A stretch of 32,000 nucleotides of DNA, from assembly GCA_049942765.1 (NCBI GenBank), contig CP188086.1, positions 30,001 through 62,000 of the forward strand, read 5' to 3'. The notes beneath the pieces are model-generated. The model searched no databases, was not told the origin of the DNA, and was given only the letters and a program-made list of their open reading frames with translations. The stretch is from Candidatus Saccharimonadota bacterium (GTDB lineage Bacteria > Pseudomonadota > Gammaproteobacteria > Enterobacterales > Enterobacteriaceae). The position numbers were made by a program, and so were the translations under genes. Positions 1 to 10,907 of this stretch are shown here, in pieces (position 1 is the first letter of the stretch; every line of letters starts with the position of its first letter).

Positions 1-618
1 TTTTGGTTGAATTTCATATCCAATTTTTATTTCTAACTGATTGTTGTGAATAAAATCAGTAATTCTTCCATGTAGAAATCTATGAGTATATTCCTGACTA
101 GTGATAGCTTCAAAAATAAATCTATTTTTATATAGTTTTTTAAAGTGATTAATTAATGATATGTAGGTTAAATCATTAACATATTTTACAGAATGAATTA
201 ATATAATTTTTTTAAATTTACATACCCAGGTACCTTCTTGTAAAATAGACAAGAATGGACCAATACCTGTTCCACTTGCAAACATCCATAGTATGTCGCA
301 ATTATGAATGTTATCAATAGTAAAAAATCCAAATGAATTTTTATTAATTAATATATTATCTCCTGGTTTTAATTTGTATAGGTAATTAGTAAATGTACCT
401 TGAGGAATTAAAGTGATGTAAAATTCTAAATTGCAGTTATTCGGAGAGTTAACATAAGAATAAGCTCGTTGTATTGTTTTTCCATTAGTGTTAATCATTG
501 CTAGTTGGTTAAATTGCCCTGCTGAAAAAGGTTTAATTGGTGCTCTTATGATTATGCTAAATAAGAACTTTGTCCATTTTGTAATTTTGAAGACAGTACC
601 GTTCAGCCATCTATTCAT
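1..618 (-). CDS. fpr: Ferredoxin/flavodoxin-NADP+ reductase, 3'-truncated by the window edge
   Basis: Absent from the ORF track because it runs off the window edge. Reverse-strand translation from ATG (complement of 616-618) reads MNRWLNGTVFKITKW...PFSAGQFNQLAMINTNGKTIQRAYSYVNSPNN...ILWMFASGTGIGPFLSIL. This is collinear with E. coli Fpr motifs (FTAGQFTKL, RAYSYVNSP, LWMLATGTAIGPYLSIL). 206 codons are visible. Confidence 0.85.
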   Translation of the reverse strand, partial: MNRWLNGTVFKITKWTKFLFSIIIRAPIKPFSAGQFNQLAMINTNGKTIQRAYSYVNSPNNCNLEFYITLIPQGTFTNYLYKLKPGDNILINKNSFGFFTIDNIHNCDILWMFASGTGIGPFLSILQEGTWVCKFKKIILIHSVKYVNDLTYISLINHFKKLYKNRFIFEAITSQEYTHRFLHGRITDFIHNNQLEIKIGYEIQPK

Positions 619-850
619 ATTGATTGCTATTTTCTTTTTGATCAAAATTGATATGATGATTTTATCAAAGAAGAAGATTTATTAACACAGTTTTATAGAA
701 TTAATTTAATATTTAATTGTGTTTAAAGTATTTTTAATTTTTTATATTAATAAATATATTATTGCGCATATAGTAAATTACCTATATAAAATATATTTAT
801 AATAGGTAATTTTATGTAATGTTAATTATTTAATATTTTTAATTAATAGT

Positions 851-2188
851 TTACAATATAAATTTACTAAGGTCAGTATTAGATACTAGTTGATCTAAAT
901 GTTGGCTAACGTATTCAGGATTTATATTAATTTCTGTTGTATTATTTTCTTCAGAAGCATTAAAAGAGATTTCTTCCATTAATTTTTCTAGAACAGTATG
1001 TAATCTTCGAGCACCTATATTTTCCATTGATTCATTTACTTTCCAGGCTGCTTCTGCGATGGATCTAATACCATCTTTAGTAAAGTTAATAGAAATACCT
1101 TCTGTTTGAATTAATGCTTGATATTGTACTGTGATAGAAGCATTTGGTTCTGTTAAAATTCTTTCAAAATCATCAATAGTTAGTGCTTTTAATTCTACTC
1201 TTATTGGTAATCGACCTTGTAATTCAGGTATTAAATCGGAAGGTGTAGATGTTTGAAATGCTCCAGAGGCTATAAATAAAATATGATCAGTTTTGACCAT
1301 TCCATGTTTAGTTGATATAGTACATCCTTCAACTAATGGTAATAAATCTCTTTGCACTCCTTCTCTAGAAATATCTGTACCTGAGGTATTATTGCTTCTT
1401 TTACATACTTTATCAATTTCATCAATAAATACAATTCCATGTTGTTCTACTGCATAAATAGCTTTTTTTTTAATTTCTTCTGGGTTTATTAATTTTGTAG
1501 CTTCTTCTTCAATTAATAATTTCATAGCATCTTTAATTTTTAATTTTCTAGTGTTTTGTTTTTTTCCACTTAGATTTTGAAATAAAGATTGTAGTTGACT
1601 AGTTAATTCTTCCATACCAGGTGGTGCCATTATTTCAACTCCCATAGGTACGGCTGCTACATTAATTTCAATTTCTTTATCATTTAACATTCCATCTTTA
1701 AGTTTTTTTTTAAATGATTGGATTGTTGACGTTTTTGGTTCTGAAGTTTTTTCTTTATCCCAATTATTTTTTGGAGTAGGGACTAAAACATCTAATATTC
1801 GATCTTCGGCTAGTTTTTTAGCTTTGTGTTGGTTTTTTTTTATTTCTTGTCCTCTAATCATTTTTATAGCAGAATCAGTTAAATCTCTGATAATTGAATC
1901 AACTTCTTTACCAACATAACCAATTTCTGTAAATTTTGTAGCTTCTACTTTAATAAATGGAGCATTAGCTAATTTAGCTAATCGTCTAGCAATTTCTGTT
2001 TTCCCTACACCAGTGGGACCTATCATTAAAATATTTTTAGGAGTAATTTCGTGACGTAATTCTTTATTTAATTGCATTCTTCGCCATCTATTTCGCAAAG
2101 CTATGGCAACAGCGCGTTTAGCGTCGTTTTGTCCAATGATAAATTTGTTTAGTTCTTTAACAATTTTTAGAGGTGTCATTGAAGACAT
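851..2188 (-). CDS. hslU: ATP-dependent protease ATPase subunit HslU
   Basis: 445-aa ORF. The N-terminus [40 protein letters not shown] is nearly identical to E. coli HslU and a Walker A motif GPTGVGKT is present. It lies 13 nt downstream of hslV, with an AAGGA SD in the gap. Confidence 0.97.
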   Translation of the reverse strand: MSSMTPLKIVKELNKFIIGQNDAKRAVAIALRNRWRRMQLNKELRHEITPKNILMIGPTGVGKTEIARRLAKLANAPFIKVEATKFTEIGYVGKEVDSIIRDLTDSAIKMIRGQEIKKNQHKAKKLAEDRILDVLVPTPKNNWDKEKTSEPKTSTIQSFKKKLKDGMLNDKEIEINVAAVPMGVEIMAPPGMEELTSQLQSLFQNLSGKKQNTRKLKIKDAMKLLIEEEATKLINPEEIKKKAIYAVEQHGIVFIDEIDKVCKRSNNTSGTDISREGVQRDLLPLVEGCTISTKHGMVKTDHILFIASGAFQTSTPSDLIPELQGRLPIRVELKALTIDDFERILTEPNASITVQYQALIQTEGISINFTKDGIRSIAEAAWKVNESMENIGARRLHTVLEKLMEEISFNASEENNTTEININPEYVSQHLDQLVSNTDLSKFIL

Positions 2189-2201
2189 GTAACTATCCTT
2201 A

Positions 2202-2729
2202 CTATTCGGAAGATAATTCTTTGATTATAAAATTATGATTTGTGTATATGCATATGTTGGCTGCTATTATTAACGATTTTTTAACTATAGATGTTGCATC
2301 TAGTTGGGTATTTTCCAATAATGCTTTTGCTGCTGATTGTGCATATTGACCTCCAGATCCTATGCCAATTAAGTCATCTTCTGGTTGTATTACATCTCCA
2401 TTACCTGTTATTATTAAAGAATATTTTTTGTCAGCAACTGCTAAAATGGCTTCTAGTTTTCGTAAGATTCGATCAGTTCTCCAATCTTTCGCTAATTCAA
2501 TAGCAGATCTTTGTAATTGACCTTGATACATATCTAATTTTTGTTCAAACAATTCAAATAATGTAAAAGCATCAGCTGTACTACCAGCAAAACCAGCTAT
2601 AATTTTTTTGTTATATAAATATCTGACTTTTTTTACATTGCTCTTCATTACAGTATTACCTAATGTAGCTTGCCCATCTCCTCCAATAACTATTTTATTA
2701 TTTGTTCTAAGACTTAGTATAGTGGTCAT
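2202..2729 (-). CDS. hslV: ATP-dependent protease peptidase subunit HslV
   Basis: 175-aa [39 protein letters not shown] matches E. coli HslV ([36 protein letters not shown]), including the catalytic Thr2. Confidence 0.97.
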   Translation of the reverse strand: MTTILSLRTNNKIVIGGDGQATLGNTVMKSNVKKVRYLYNKKIIAGFAGSTADAFTLFELFEQKLDMYQGQLQRSAIELAKDWRTDRILRKLEAILAVADKKYSLIITGNGDVIQPEDDLIGIGSGGQYAQSAAKALLENTQLDATSIVKKSLIIAANICIYTNHNFIIKELSSE

Positions 2730-3195
2730 TAGTGTAACATCTTATGTATTAGATAATTATAATATATATATTATATATTATAAAAAATTATATTGTTTAA
2801 ATATTATTCAACATTTATACATGATTTATAATAATATTATTTTTTTTTAAATATATTTGTGTTTGAGTAGTATTAAATGTAAATAGTTATTTACTATATT
2901 TAATAATTCATGATCGTATCATATACGGAGTTATAAATTATTTAAGTGTTTTTTTTTGAATTAATGTTTTATCAATGATATAATTTGTATTGAAAAAAAT
3001 ATTTTTAAATTAATTATATTTTGATGTAAATATTTTAAATATATATCAAAAGATAATTATTTTTTTAACGATTTTTTTGTTTTAGATAATTATATTCATG
3101 ATAATTTTTAATTAGTTTATGTATTTGATTTATAATATATATATATAGTATTATACATTTAATCTTTTAATAATTAGATTTTAATTAAGGTTTTT

Positions 3196-3399
3196 ATGAA
3201 AAAAAATATTCATCCAAAATATATTGAAATTATTTCAACTTGTTCGTGTGGTAACATTAAAAAAATATTTTCCACTATTGGCAGAAACATTAATTTAGAT
3301 GTATGTGCTATGTGTCATCCATTTTATACGGGTCAACAACGTTCAGTTGACACTGGTGGTAGAATTGAAAAGTTTAATAAACGTTTTAATATGGTTTAG
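3196..3399 (+). CDS. rpmE: 50S ribosomal protein L31
   Basis: 67-aa [12 protein letters not shown]...CSCGN...[13 protein letters not shown]...[11 protein letters not shown] matches E. coli L31, including the Cys zinc-ribbon pattern. Confidence 0.95.
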   Translation: MKKNIHPKYIEIISTCSCGNIKKIFSTIGRNINLDVCAMCHPFYTGQQRSVDTGGRIEKFNKRFNMV

Positions 3400-3650
3400 A
3401 TTTTTTATTTTATTTTATATATAATAAATTTTATTTAACTATAAGAAGATATAAGAATTGTATTAAGTCTTATTAAATTTAAATAAACTTTTATCTATTT
3501 TTTCATAGAGAATTATTTTTGATTTTTGGTAATTGTTTTGTTAAATATCAAAAAGAGTGCAGAGTCTTTTTTGATTAAAAATATTGATATATATTATCAT
3601 ATAAAATATTTAATTATAAATATTTTTATATTTTAATAGTATTAATGATT

Positions 3651-3723
3651 AGCGGGAAACGAGATTTGAACTCGTGACCCCAACCTTGGCAAGGTTGTAC
3701 TCTACCGACTGAGCTATTCCCGC
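3651..3723 (-). tRNA. tRNA-Gly (anticodon GCC)
   Basis: The reverse complement GCGGGAATAGCTCAGTCGGTAGAGTACAACCTTGCCAAGGTTGGGGTCACGAGTTCAAATCTCGTTTCCCGCT folds as a cloverleaf. Acceptor stem is GCGGGAA/TTCCCGC, anticodon stem CAACC/GGTTG with loop TTGCCAA, and T stem ACGAG/CTCGT. It is near-identical to E. coli glyV-type tRNA. No CCA is encoded (the next bases are AAT). It sits next to orn, as in E. coli. Confidence 0.93.
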
Positions 3724-3824
3724 ATGAACCTATTATATTCGAAAAGTTATATATATATCAAGTATTAGTTCGCTAATTTTTTAATATTTTAATTATATGA
3801 ACATATTATTTCTTTATGTAATAG

Positions 3825-4364
3825 TTATTTAAAAAAGTGTTTTTTGTAGAATTGAAGTTCTATAATAGATTCGTAGATATCATTGAGTGCAGAGTGAGTA
3901 GTTTTTTTATAAAATTTTTTATAGATGTTTGGTTTCCATCGTGATACTAATTCTTTAATTGTACTTACGTCTATATATCGATAATGAAAATAGGATTCTA
4001 ATTGAGGCATATATTTTCGTAAAAATCTTCTATCTTGCGCTATGGTATTACCACATATAGGTGAACAATTTTTTGGTACCCACTTCTCTAAGAATTTTAT
4101 TGTGGTTGATTCTGCTAGTTTTTCATTAAACATACTATTCTTTACTCGATCAAGTAAACCATTTTTTTTATGTATCAAGCATATGTCATTGTTCATTATG
4201 TTTAATCGTGATTGTGATTGGAAAATAGGTATTATAGGTCCTATAGATAAAATTTTTAGCTCAGAGTTAGTAATCAATGTAGCGATTTCAATTATTAAAT
4301 CATGTTTTGGATTTAACCCAGTCATTTCTAAATCTATCCATATTAAGTTATTTATATTATACAT
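3825..4364 (-). CDS. orn: Oligoribonuclease
   Basis: 179-aa [17 protein letters not shown]...IIEIATLIT...[38 protein letters not shown] matches E. coli Orn ([14 protein letters not shown]...[39 protein letters not shown]). Confidence 0.93.
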   Translation of the reverse strand: MYNINNLIWIDLEMTGLNPKHDLIIEIATLITNSELKILSIGPIIPIFQSQSRLNIMNNDICLIHKKNGLLDRVKNSMFNEKLAESTTIKFLEKWVPKNCSPICGNTIAQDRRFLRKYMPQLESYFHYRYIDVSTIKELVSRWKPNIYKKFYKKTTHSALNDIYESIIELQFYKKHFFK

Positions 4365-5827
4365 ATTCCTAATTTTTTTTATTGATTGTTTTAATAATGA
4401 AATAATTAATTTAAAATAAAGTTATTATTGGGATGTTTTTTATTATTTTTTAAATATTTTTATAACTATTATTAATATTATTAAAAATTAAAAATAAAAA
4501 TATTTATTAATAATGGCGTTTTATTTAATTTGTTGTATGAATAATAGTGTATCTATTTAGTTTTTTTTAACAATAATTATTGTAAACATAGTTTATTATT
4601 ATATATATTTATGTAATATGATGATTTTTTTAATTGTATAAAATATAAATTTTAGTTCTTGAATCATGGAAAATTTGTTTTTATTAAGAAGATTATTTTA
4701 TGTGTATTTATGGTTTGTAGTGAATTGTTGTAGTTTTATTTAATATATTTTATAGTTTTTTATAAAAATGTATTATGTGAATTATTTTTATATATAGGAT
4801 AATTTTTTAAATTAAAACATTTTACATTTTATTTTCTAAATTAATTGTTTTATTTATTAAATTTTATAATTAATGATGTTATTTTAATAATTTATATTAA
4901 ATAGTTATTTGTATTATATGTACTCAATATTTATTAATGATGAATATATATTATTTTAATATAAAATAATTTATATAGTATATATATTTTTATATAAAAT
5001 TATAAATATAATTGATATATATAATAACAATTTATATGCGAATATGATGTGTTTTAATTTAATGTTAAGTTATACATGATTAATTTTTATATATTGATTT
5101 TTGAAATAAATTGTATTTAATATACTAATTATAAATGAATATATTTAAAAATATTACATAAGTAAATTATTTATTTAAAAAAAAGATTAGATGTATATCT
5201 ATTAGATAGATAATTTTATTGTAATAAGATATTTTTTAATAAATGTTTTTGTTCCCATTTAATGGTTGTCAAATAATTTTTTGATATATTTTATTTTTTT
5301 TTTAAGATTTATTTTTAAATATTAATTCAATTAAAATTTTTATTTTTATGATTGGTATTTTAATTATATAAATATATGTAGTAATGTTTATGAATCGTTG
5401 TTTAAAATTAGTATAATTTGGTGTTATTATCTCTTCGTAATTGAGTTAATTAAACATATTGATATATATCAATAATATATTTTTTTTGATATATATATCA
5501 TGATATATATATTTTTTTTAAATTATAATATTAAATATATTAAATATTTTATATATATATTAATTATATATAAATTATATATGTAAATGAGATTTATTTA
5601 ATATTAATTATTTGTATTAAAATTAAAGAAAGTAAATATTTTAATATTATTTAAATGTGGATATTTAATTTTTTTTAACTTGTTTTTTCTTTTTCATAAA
5701 TAAATATATACATTGAATTTTTAAATTATCTTAAATTATTTTTTAATATACTATATAAATAGTAATTTTTAAGTATTTATGGTAATTATTAGGTTATAAT
5801 AGTTTCTATATATTGAGAGATAATAGT
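4365..5827. other. Gene-free, extremely AT-rich spacer of about 1.46 kb between the divergent orn and pgi
   Basis: The six-frame track lists no ORF that lies within it; the only listed ORF touching it is the antisense-orn ORF 4042-4419. There is no tRNA-like or GC-enriched segment. It contains nested (TA)n-cored palindromes at 5457-5512. Confidence 0.8.
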
Positions 5828-7483
5828 ATGAAATTTATAGATCCAATAAAAACGTGCGCATGGAAAAAATTAAAAGATCATTTTAAATATATGAAAAATG
5901 TACATATTAAGGATTTATTTACTGCAGATTTAAATCGTTTTAAACATTTTTCTATTAATATTAAAGATGTAATGTTAATTGATTTTTCTAAACATAGAAT
6001 CAATTCTAATACAATGAATGAATTATTAGCATTAGCTAAAGAGTTACATGTAGAAAAATTTATTCAATTAATGTTTCATGGAGACAAAATTAATTATACA
6101 GAAAATAGATCTGTTTTGCATATTGCTTTAAGGAATCGAAAAAATACGCCAATTATGTTGAATAATCGTGATGTTATGCTTGATATCAATCGTGTATTAA
6201 ATAAAATGCAATGTTTTTCTGATTCTGTAATTAATGGATGTAAGAAAGGTTATACTGGTAAAAGTATTACAGATGTTGTTTGTATCGGTATTGGTGGATC
6301 TAATTTGGGTCCATATATGGTTACTGAAGCTTTACGACCATATAAAAATCATTTAAACATACATTTTGTATCTAATCTTGATGCTAGTCATATATCAGAA
6401 ACATTAAATATGATTAATCCTGAAACTACATTATTTATTATTTCTTCTAAAACTTTTACTACAGAAGAAACTATGATAAACGCTTATAGTGCAAGAAATT
6501 GGTTTTTGGATCGAACAGGTAATATTAAACATATTACTAATCATTTTTTAGCTATTTCTATGAATATATCTGAAGTAAAAAAATTTGGTATAAGTGAAGA
6601 TCATTATTTTGAATTTTGGGATTGGGTAGGTGGTCGTTATTCATTATGGTCTTCGGTAGGATTACCTATTATTTTATCAATAGGTTTTGATAATTTTTTA
6701 AAACTATTATCAGGTGCTCATGATATGGATGAACATTTTTTATCTAATAGTTTAGATAAGAATGCTCCAGTGATATTAGCTTTAATTAGTATTTGGTATA
6801 ATAATTTTTTTAATTTTGAGACCGAAGCAATTTTTTCTTATGATCAGAATATGCATAAATTTTCTGCTTATTTACAACAGGCTAATATGGAGTCTAATGG
6901 TAAATCAATCAATAGAAATGGTCAGTCTGTTTCTTGGCAAACAGGACCTATTATATGGGGCGAATCAGGCACTAATGGTCAACATGCATTTTATCAATTA
7001 TTACATCAAGGAACTAAAATTATACCTGCAGATTTTATAGTTCCTGTGAATACTCATTATCCAATAGGAGATCATCATCTTCGATTATTATCTCATTGTT
7101 TTGCCCAAACTAGAGCTTTAGCTTTTGGAAAATCAATAGAAGATCAAAAAAAATTATTATTAGAAAACAATAGAGATGTTGAATATATAGACCGTATGAT
7201 ACCATTCAAATTTTTTGCAGGTAATCGACCTAGTAATACAATTTTAATAAATAAAATTACACCATATTCTTTAGGATTACTATTATCTTTATATGAACAT
7301 AAAATTTTTGTACAAGGTTTAATATTTAATATTTTTAGTTTTGATCAATGGGGGGTTGAATTAGGTAAAGAGTTAGCATCTGATATATTTACTACATTGA
7401 AAAATTGTCCTGATAATTATTTATATGATGATTCTACAAATAATTTATTATGTGCGTTTAATAAATGGAATGTTAAAAATTGA
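5828..7483 (+). CDS. pgi: Glucose-6-phosphate isomerase
   Basis: The ORF track starts at TTG 5813. ATG 5828 gives [19 protein letters not shown], aligning with E. coli Pgi MKNINPTQTAAWQALQKHF. The rest is strongly conserved ([63 protein letters not shown]). Confidence 0.95.
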   Translation: MKFIDPIKTCAWKKLKDHFKYMKNVHIKDLFTADLNRFKHFSINIKDVMLIDFSKHRINSNTMNELLALAKELHVEKFIQLMFHGDKINYTENRSVLHIALRNRKNTPIMLNNRDVMLDINRVLNKMQCFSDSVINGCKKGYTGKSITDVVCIGIGGSNLGPYMVTEALRPYKNHLNIHFVSNLDASHISETLNMINPETTLFIISSKTFTTEETMINAYSARNWFLDRTGNIKHITNHFLAISMNISEVKKFGISEDHYFEFWDWVGGRYSLWSSVGLPIILSIGFDNFLKLLSGAHDMDEHFLSNSLDKNAPVILALISIWYNNFFNFETEAIFSYDQNMHKFSAYLQQANMESNGKSINRNGQSVSWQTGPIIWGESGTNGQHAFYQLLHQGTKIIPADFIVPVNTHYPIGDHHLRLLSHCFAQTRALAFGKSIEDQKKLLLENNRDVEYIDRMIPFKFFAGNRPSNTILINKITPYSLGLLLSLYEHKIFVQGLIFNIFSFDQWGVELGKELASDIFTTLKNCPDNYLYDDSTNNLLCAFNKWNVKN

Positions 7484-9951
7484 TATATACAATATATTTA
7501 TTGTAATATATTTTTTTTAAATATATATTTAATTGTATATGCTATTCATAGTTTGATGTATATATTTTTGTATTTTCATGTATCTAAAAAATTAGATTAT
7601 GAGTTTTTTTTATGACTTTATAGGTTGTTTGTATTTATAGAGTGTGTAATGTTTGTAATATTAAATTTATAATTCAATGTGAATATAATTTTTTGTATTA
7701 GTAAGTATAAAATAGTTGCTATATTTTATAATATGATTTTTAAAATGAATAATAGTTAACAATATTATTGTATACATAATAAAAAATTAAATTTTAATTA
7801 GTATCTAAATACTACATTATGTAGTGTATTTAAAGTTTTTATTGATTAAAAAAATATTTTTTAAGAAAAGTTTATAGTTAATTATATTTTTATTATGGTT
7901 ATAATAATAACATGTTTTTTTTTAGTATAAATTTTATATAAATATATTAATTAATTTTTTATTTTTATTAATTATATTTTTGTACGTCATTGTTGGTTTA
8001 TAAAAATGTAATGTTACTGCAAATAATTTATTTTGTTTTAACACTAGTAAATAATTAAATTGTAATTGTAACAGTACTAAATTTATTTAATATTTTTTCA
8101 AACATAGTGATTATTCATTTGTTTATCAATACTGATTATTATTTCAATATGCTTATTTTTTATAAATATAAAGGATCATGTGTTGCTATATTTAATATGT
8201 TAAAATAGTATGATTAATTATATCAGAATTTTTTTAATGTAATTATGTACAATTAATATTGTTAGGTGTAGATCATAGATTTATATATTGTCATTTTTTT
8301 TTAAGGTTGATATTTTTTTTAAAATGTTTTTTTTATATATTTTATATTTTCTTTATATGATAAACATCATACTAATATATATGTTTAATCGTTATTTATA
8401 GTCATATAATTTTAAATAATTTTATGTAATATAGTTATTATAATTAATTTTTAATTAATATAAAAATGTAATATATATTTTAATTTTTAAGGATTTTTAT
8501 TGTTTGAATGGAATTAAATTAGTTTATTTATTCTTTAATGAATGTTAATGATATTATCATAGAATATATGATTTATGTTTTATCTAGTTTGTATATAAAT
8601 GTATTATATAAATTTTAATAAATTAAATGTTGTACAATGAATATTGTATTGGAAAATACAATTTTTAATTTTTTTACATTATTTATAATTTTTATACATT
8701 GTTATTTTTTGTTTTATTTAATTTATCTAGTTATGTGTAGTTATTAATTAATTTAGTAGTATGAATAGATATTTATATATTTTGTTATTTATTATAATAT
8801 AATATGAAAGAGAAAATCTTTAGATACGAGTATTTAGAGGAATAATTTTATATTGTTTTTTTAATACAATTAATTTCAAATTTTAATTATTATTTTGGAT
8901 ATAAATATATTTTAAAAAATTATTTGTTATTAATATTTTAAATCAATAAAATTATATAGATTTTAATTTTTTAAAAAATTATATATCATGTATCATGAAG
9001 TCTTATTTAGATAAAATATATTGAATACATTAGTAATACTGTTATCAAAAAAAAAAATATTTTTTAAAATATTTGTTCTTAATATAATTGTATAATTAAT
9101 AGTAAATTATTTTTTTTTCGATTTTTTATAAAAAAATATGTTTTAAGTTTATAGGATAGAATATATTATAAACATAATTTTTTATTAAAATTTGTGTATT
9201 TATTATGTGAAAATATATATTTATGTTGGTTGATATTTAATAAATAGCATGTATATGATTTATTTAACAAATAATTATTATATTTTATAAGACATGAATG
9301 TTGTTTATGTAAAGAATATATTTAAATATGATAAACAACAGTAATTGTTTATTTTTAATATTATTTCTTATTTTGCTTATGATATAAATGTTTTATTTAT
9401 ATAGAGTTAGTGTTAAATATATTAAAAATGAAAATTTATTAGGATGTACTGATTTAAGATTATTAGAATTGATTTTTTATTGTAAAAGTATTATTTATGA
9501 TCTAAATATTATTTGATGATATACAGTATATAATTGTTTTATGAAACAATTATTATTGTAACAATCTGTATTATGAATTTTATTTGAATTTATTTTTTTT
9601 TATTCAGTTTATATTTTTTGTTTGTATATGTAATGAAATTTTACTAATGATATATATAAAAATTATAATTTTTATAATATTCATTGAGTGAATATATTAG
9701 ATGATAACAATTTGTGTATGTTGTAATAGATAACTATATGATGATATCATATAAATGTAATATTTTTAAGAAACAATAAAATATTTTTTGTATTTAGAAA
9801 GTATGATAATAGTGTATAGTTTATGTGTTTAATATAAATCTATAAATAACAATGAATATTATTTATATTTTTATTACTTTAATATACTAAATATAGTTAG
9901 ATTTATTTTAGTAAATCATAAATATATTCAATTATAAGGTATTATTTAAAC
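7484..9951. other. Gene-free AT-rich block of about 2.5 kb; candidate fully eroded remnant of the ancestral amiB-mutL position
   Basis: The six-frame track lists no ORF across 2.5 kb. The block lies immediately upstream of miaA, where E. coli has amiB-mutL-miaA. I could not recognise any MutL or AmiB motif by eye. Confidence 0.4.
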
Positions 9952-9962
9952 ATGTGTAATTT

Positions 9963-9974
9963 AAAAAAAAAAAA
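9963..9974 (+). repeat. A12 homopolymer separating ATG 9952 from the miaA reading frame
   Basis: Counted directly: tta(9961-9963) is followed by A through 9974, then cttcca. The ATG 9952 frame terminates at TGA 9985-9987. The miaA frame is closed upstream by TAA 9957-9959. Confidence 0.9.
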
Positions 9975-9983
9975 CTTCCAATT

Positions 9984-10907
9984 GTGATATTTTTAATGGG
10001 AACTACTGCTAGTGGAAAAACAAGCTTAGCATTTGATTTAAGACAAATATTACCGATAGATATCATTAGTGTAGATTCTGGTTTGATTTATAGAGATATG
10101 AATATTGGCACTGATAAACCTAGTTCTGAGGAGTTGTTAAAACACCCCCATGATTTAGTTAATATTGTTGATCCTGTTGATATTTATTCTGTTGCTAATT
10201 TTAAATTTGATTCAAGTCAAGCGATACAAAGAATTATTTGTAATCATCGTATACCAATTCTTGTTGGTGGTACAATGTTATATTATAAAGTATTGTTGAA
10301 TGGTTTAATAAACTTACCTTCAAGTAATCATATTTTTCAATCTAAAATCCAAAAATATATTCATCAGATTAAAAAAATTACTGTGCATCAATATTTACAT
10401 ATTTTAGATAGCAGATTAGCACAAACTATACATCCTAATAATGTAAAAAAAACATTGAGAGCGATTGAAATAACATTACATTCTAAAAAAGCACTAAATT
10501 TAGTAAAAAATAAGTCATATTATCATTTTCCATATAAACTATTTCAGTTTTTTTTAATGCCTTTTACAAGAAAAATTTTGCATGATCGTATTGAATGTAG
10601 GTTTCATAATATGTTAAAAATGGGTTTGGAAAAAGAAGTAAAACAATTATTTTTAAAGTATGAATTAAATGTCAATATGCCTTCTATGCAACGTTTAGGA
10701 TATCGAGAAATGTGTTTATATTTATCTAATCAATGTACGTATGATGAAATGATATATAAATCGATATCTTCAACTAGACAGTTTGCTAAAAGACAAATTA
10801 CGTGGTCGAAAAAATGGGATAATTTATTTATTTTAAATAGTGAAAATAGAGAACAATCAATATCAATAATTAAGAATATTATTGATAAGTACATCACAAT
10901 TAATTAA
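9984..10907 (+). CDS. miaA: tRNA dimethylallyltransferase. Coordinates are for the uninterrupted ORF from GTG; the functional start may be ATG 9952 via slippage
   Basis: 307-aa ORF. IFLMGTTASGKTSLAFDLRQILPIDIISVDSGLIYRDMNIGTDKP matches E. coli MiaA [45 protein letters not shown]. Also conserved are IPILVGGTMLYYK and TRQFAKRQITW. Confidence 0.9.
   Translation: MIFLMGTTASGKTSLAFDLRQILPIDIISVDSGLIYRDMNIGTDKPSSEELLKHPHDLVNIVDPVDIYSVANFKFDSSQAIQRIICNHRIPILVGGTMLYYKVLLNGLINLPSSNHIFQSKIQKYIHQIKKITVHQYLHILDSRLAQTIHPNNVKKTLRAIEITLHSKKALNLVKNKSYYHFPYKLFQFFLMPFTRKILHDRIECRFHNMLKMGLEKEVKQLFLKYELNVNMPSMQRLGYREMCLYLSNQCTYDEMIYKSISSTRQFAKRQITWSKKWDNLFILNSENREQSISIIKNIIDKYITIN

Noticed and set aside
488-685. 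65-aa + strand ORF from the track.
   Set aside because: It lies antisense to, and overlaps, the well-supported fpr coding region and promoter-proximal spacer. Its composition is the low-complexity I/L/F/K-rich type typical of spurious ORFs in AT-rich DNA.
2291-2850. + strand ORFs 2291-2503 (70 aa) and 2608-2850 (80 aa).
   Set aside because: Both are antisense to hslV, with the second extending into the upstream spacer. They have no homology that I recognise and a hydrophobic, low-complexity composition.
3550-3895. The G/C-containing 11-mer GAGTGCAGAGT occurs twice, at 3555-3565 in the rpmE/tRNA-Gly spacer and at 3885-3895 inside orn. The first copy sits in AAAAAGA-gtgcagag-TCTTTTT (3550-3571), an A-tract/T-tract inverted repeat resembling a bidirectional terminator.
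   Set aside because: The flanks of the two copies do not match, so there is no evidence of a longer duplication. The hairpin stem is 7 bp with a single G-C pair, which is too weak to call. A role as a terminator for rpmE or the orn-tRNA transcript remains possible but unsupported.
4042-4419. 125-aa + strand ORF.
   Set aside because: It is fully antisense to orn, which is strongly supported by homology, so it is a shadow ORF.
5656-5664. A DnaA-box-like 9-mer TGTGGATAT (8/9 to TGTGGATAA) in the orn-pgi spacer, raising the question of an origin-like function for the long AT-rich spacer.
   Set aside because: It is a single imperfect box with no cluster of boxes and no 13-mer AT-rich repeat organisation. 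The region is not next to the genes that normally flank oriC (gidA/mnmG, atp, dnaA).
5813-5827. Upstream TTG/GTG/ATG start extensions proposed by the ORF track: pgi 5813, hflK 11391, hflC 12500, rnr 15148, rpsF 17549, rpsR 18010, dut 19780, ruvX 27549 and gshB 28629.
   Set aside because: In each case an internal ATG reproduces the N-terminus of the E. coli ortholog (for example MKFIDP, MFWNQ, MRNYEIV, MARYF, MNKIDC, MNIKCGII). The extensions add non-homologous residues, so the shorter coordinates were used.
6816-7040. 74-aa + strand ORF inside pgi.
   Set aside because: It is an alternative frame of the same strand within the highly conserved pgi coding sequence.
8833-8841. ttt aga gga (F-R-G) inside the 2.5-kb spacer, as a possible remnant of the MutL GFRGEAL motif.
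   Set aside because: Only three residues match, there is no flanking similarity (VFRGIILY vs GFRGEALASI), and a stop codon sits three codons upstream. This is indistinguishable from chance.
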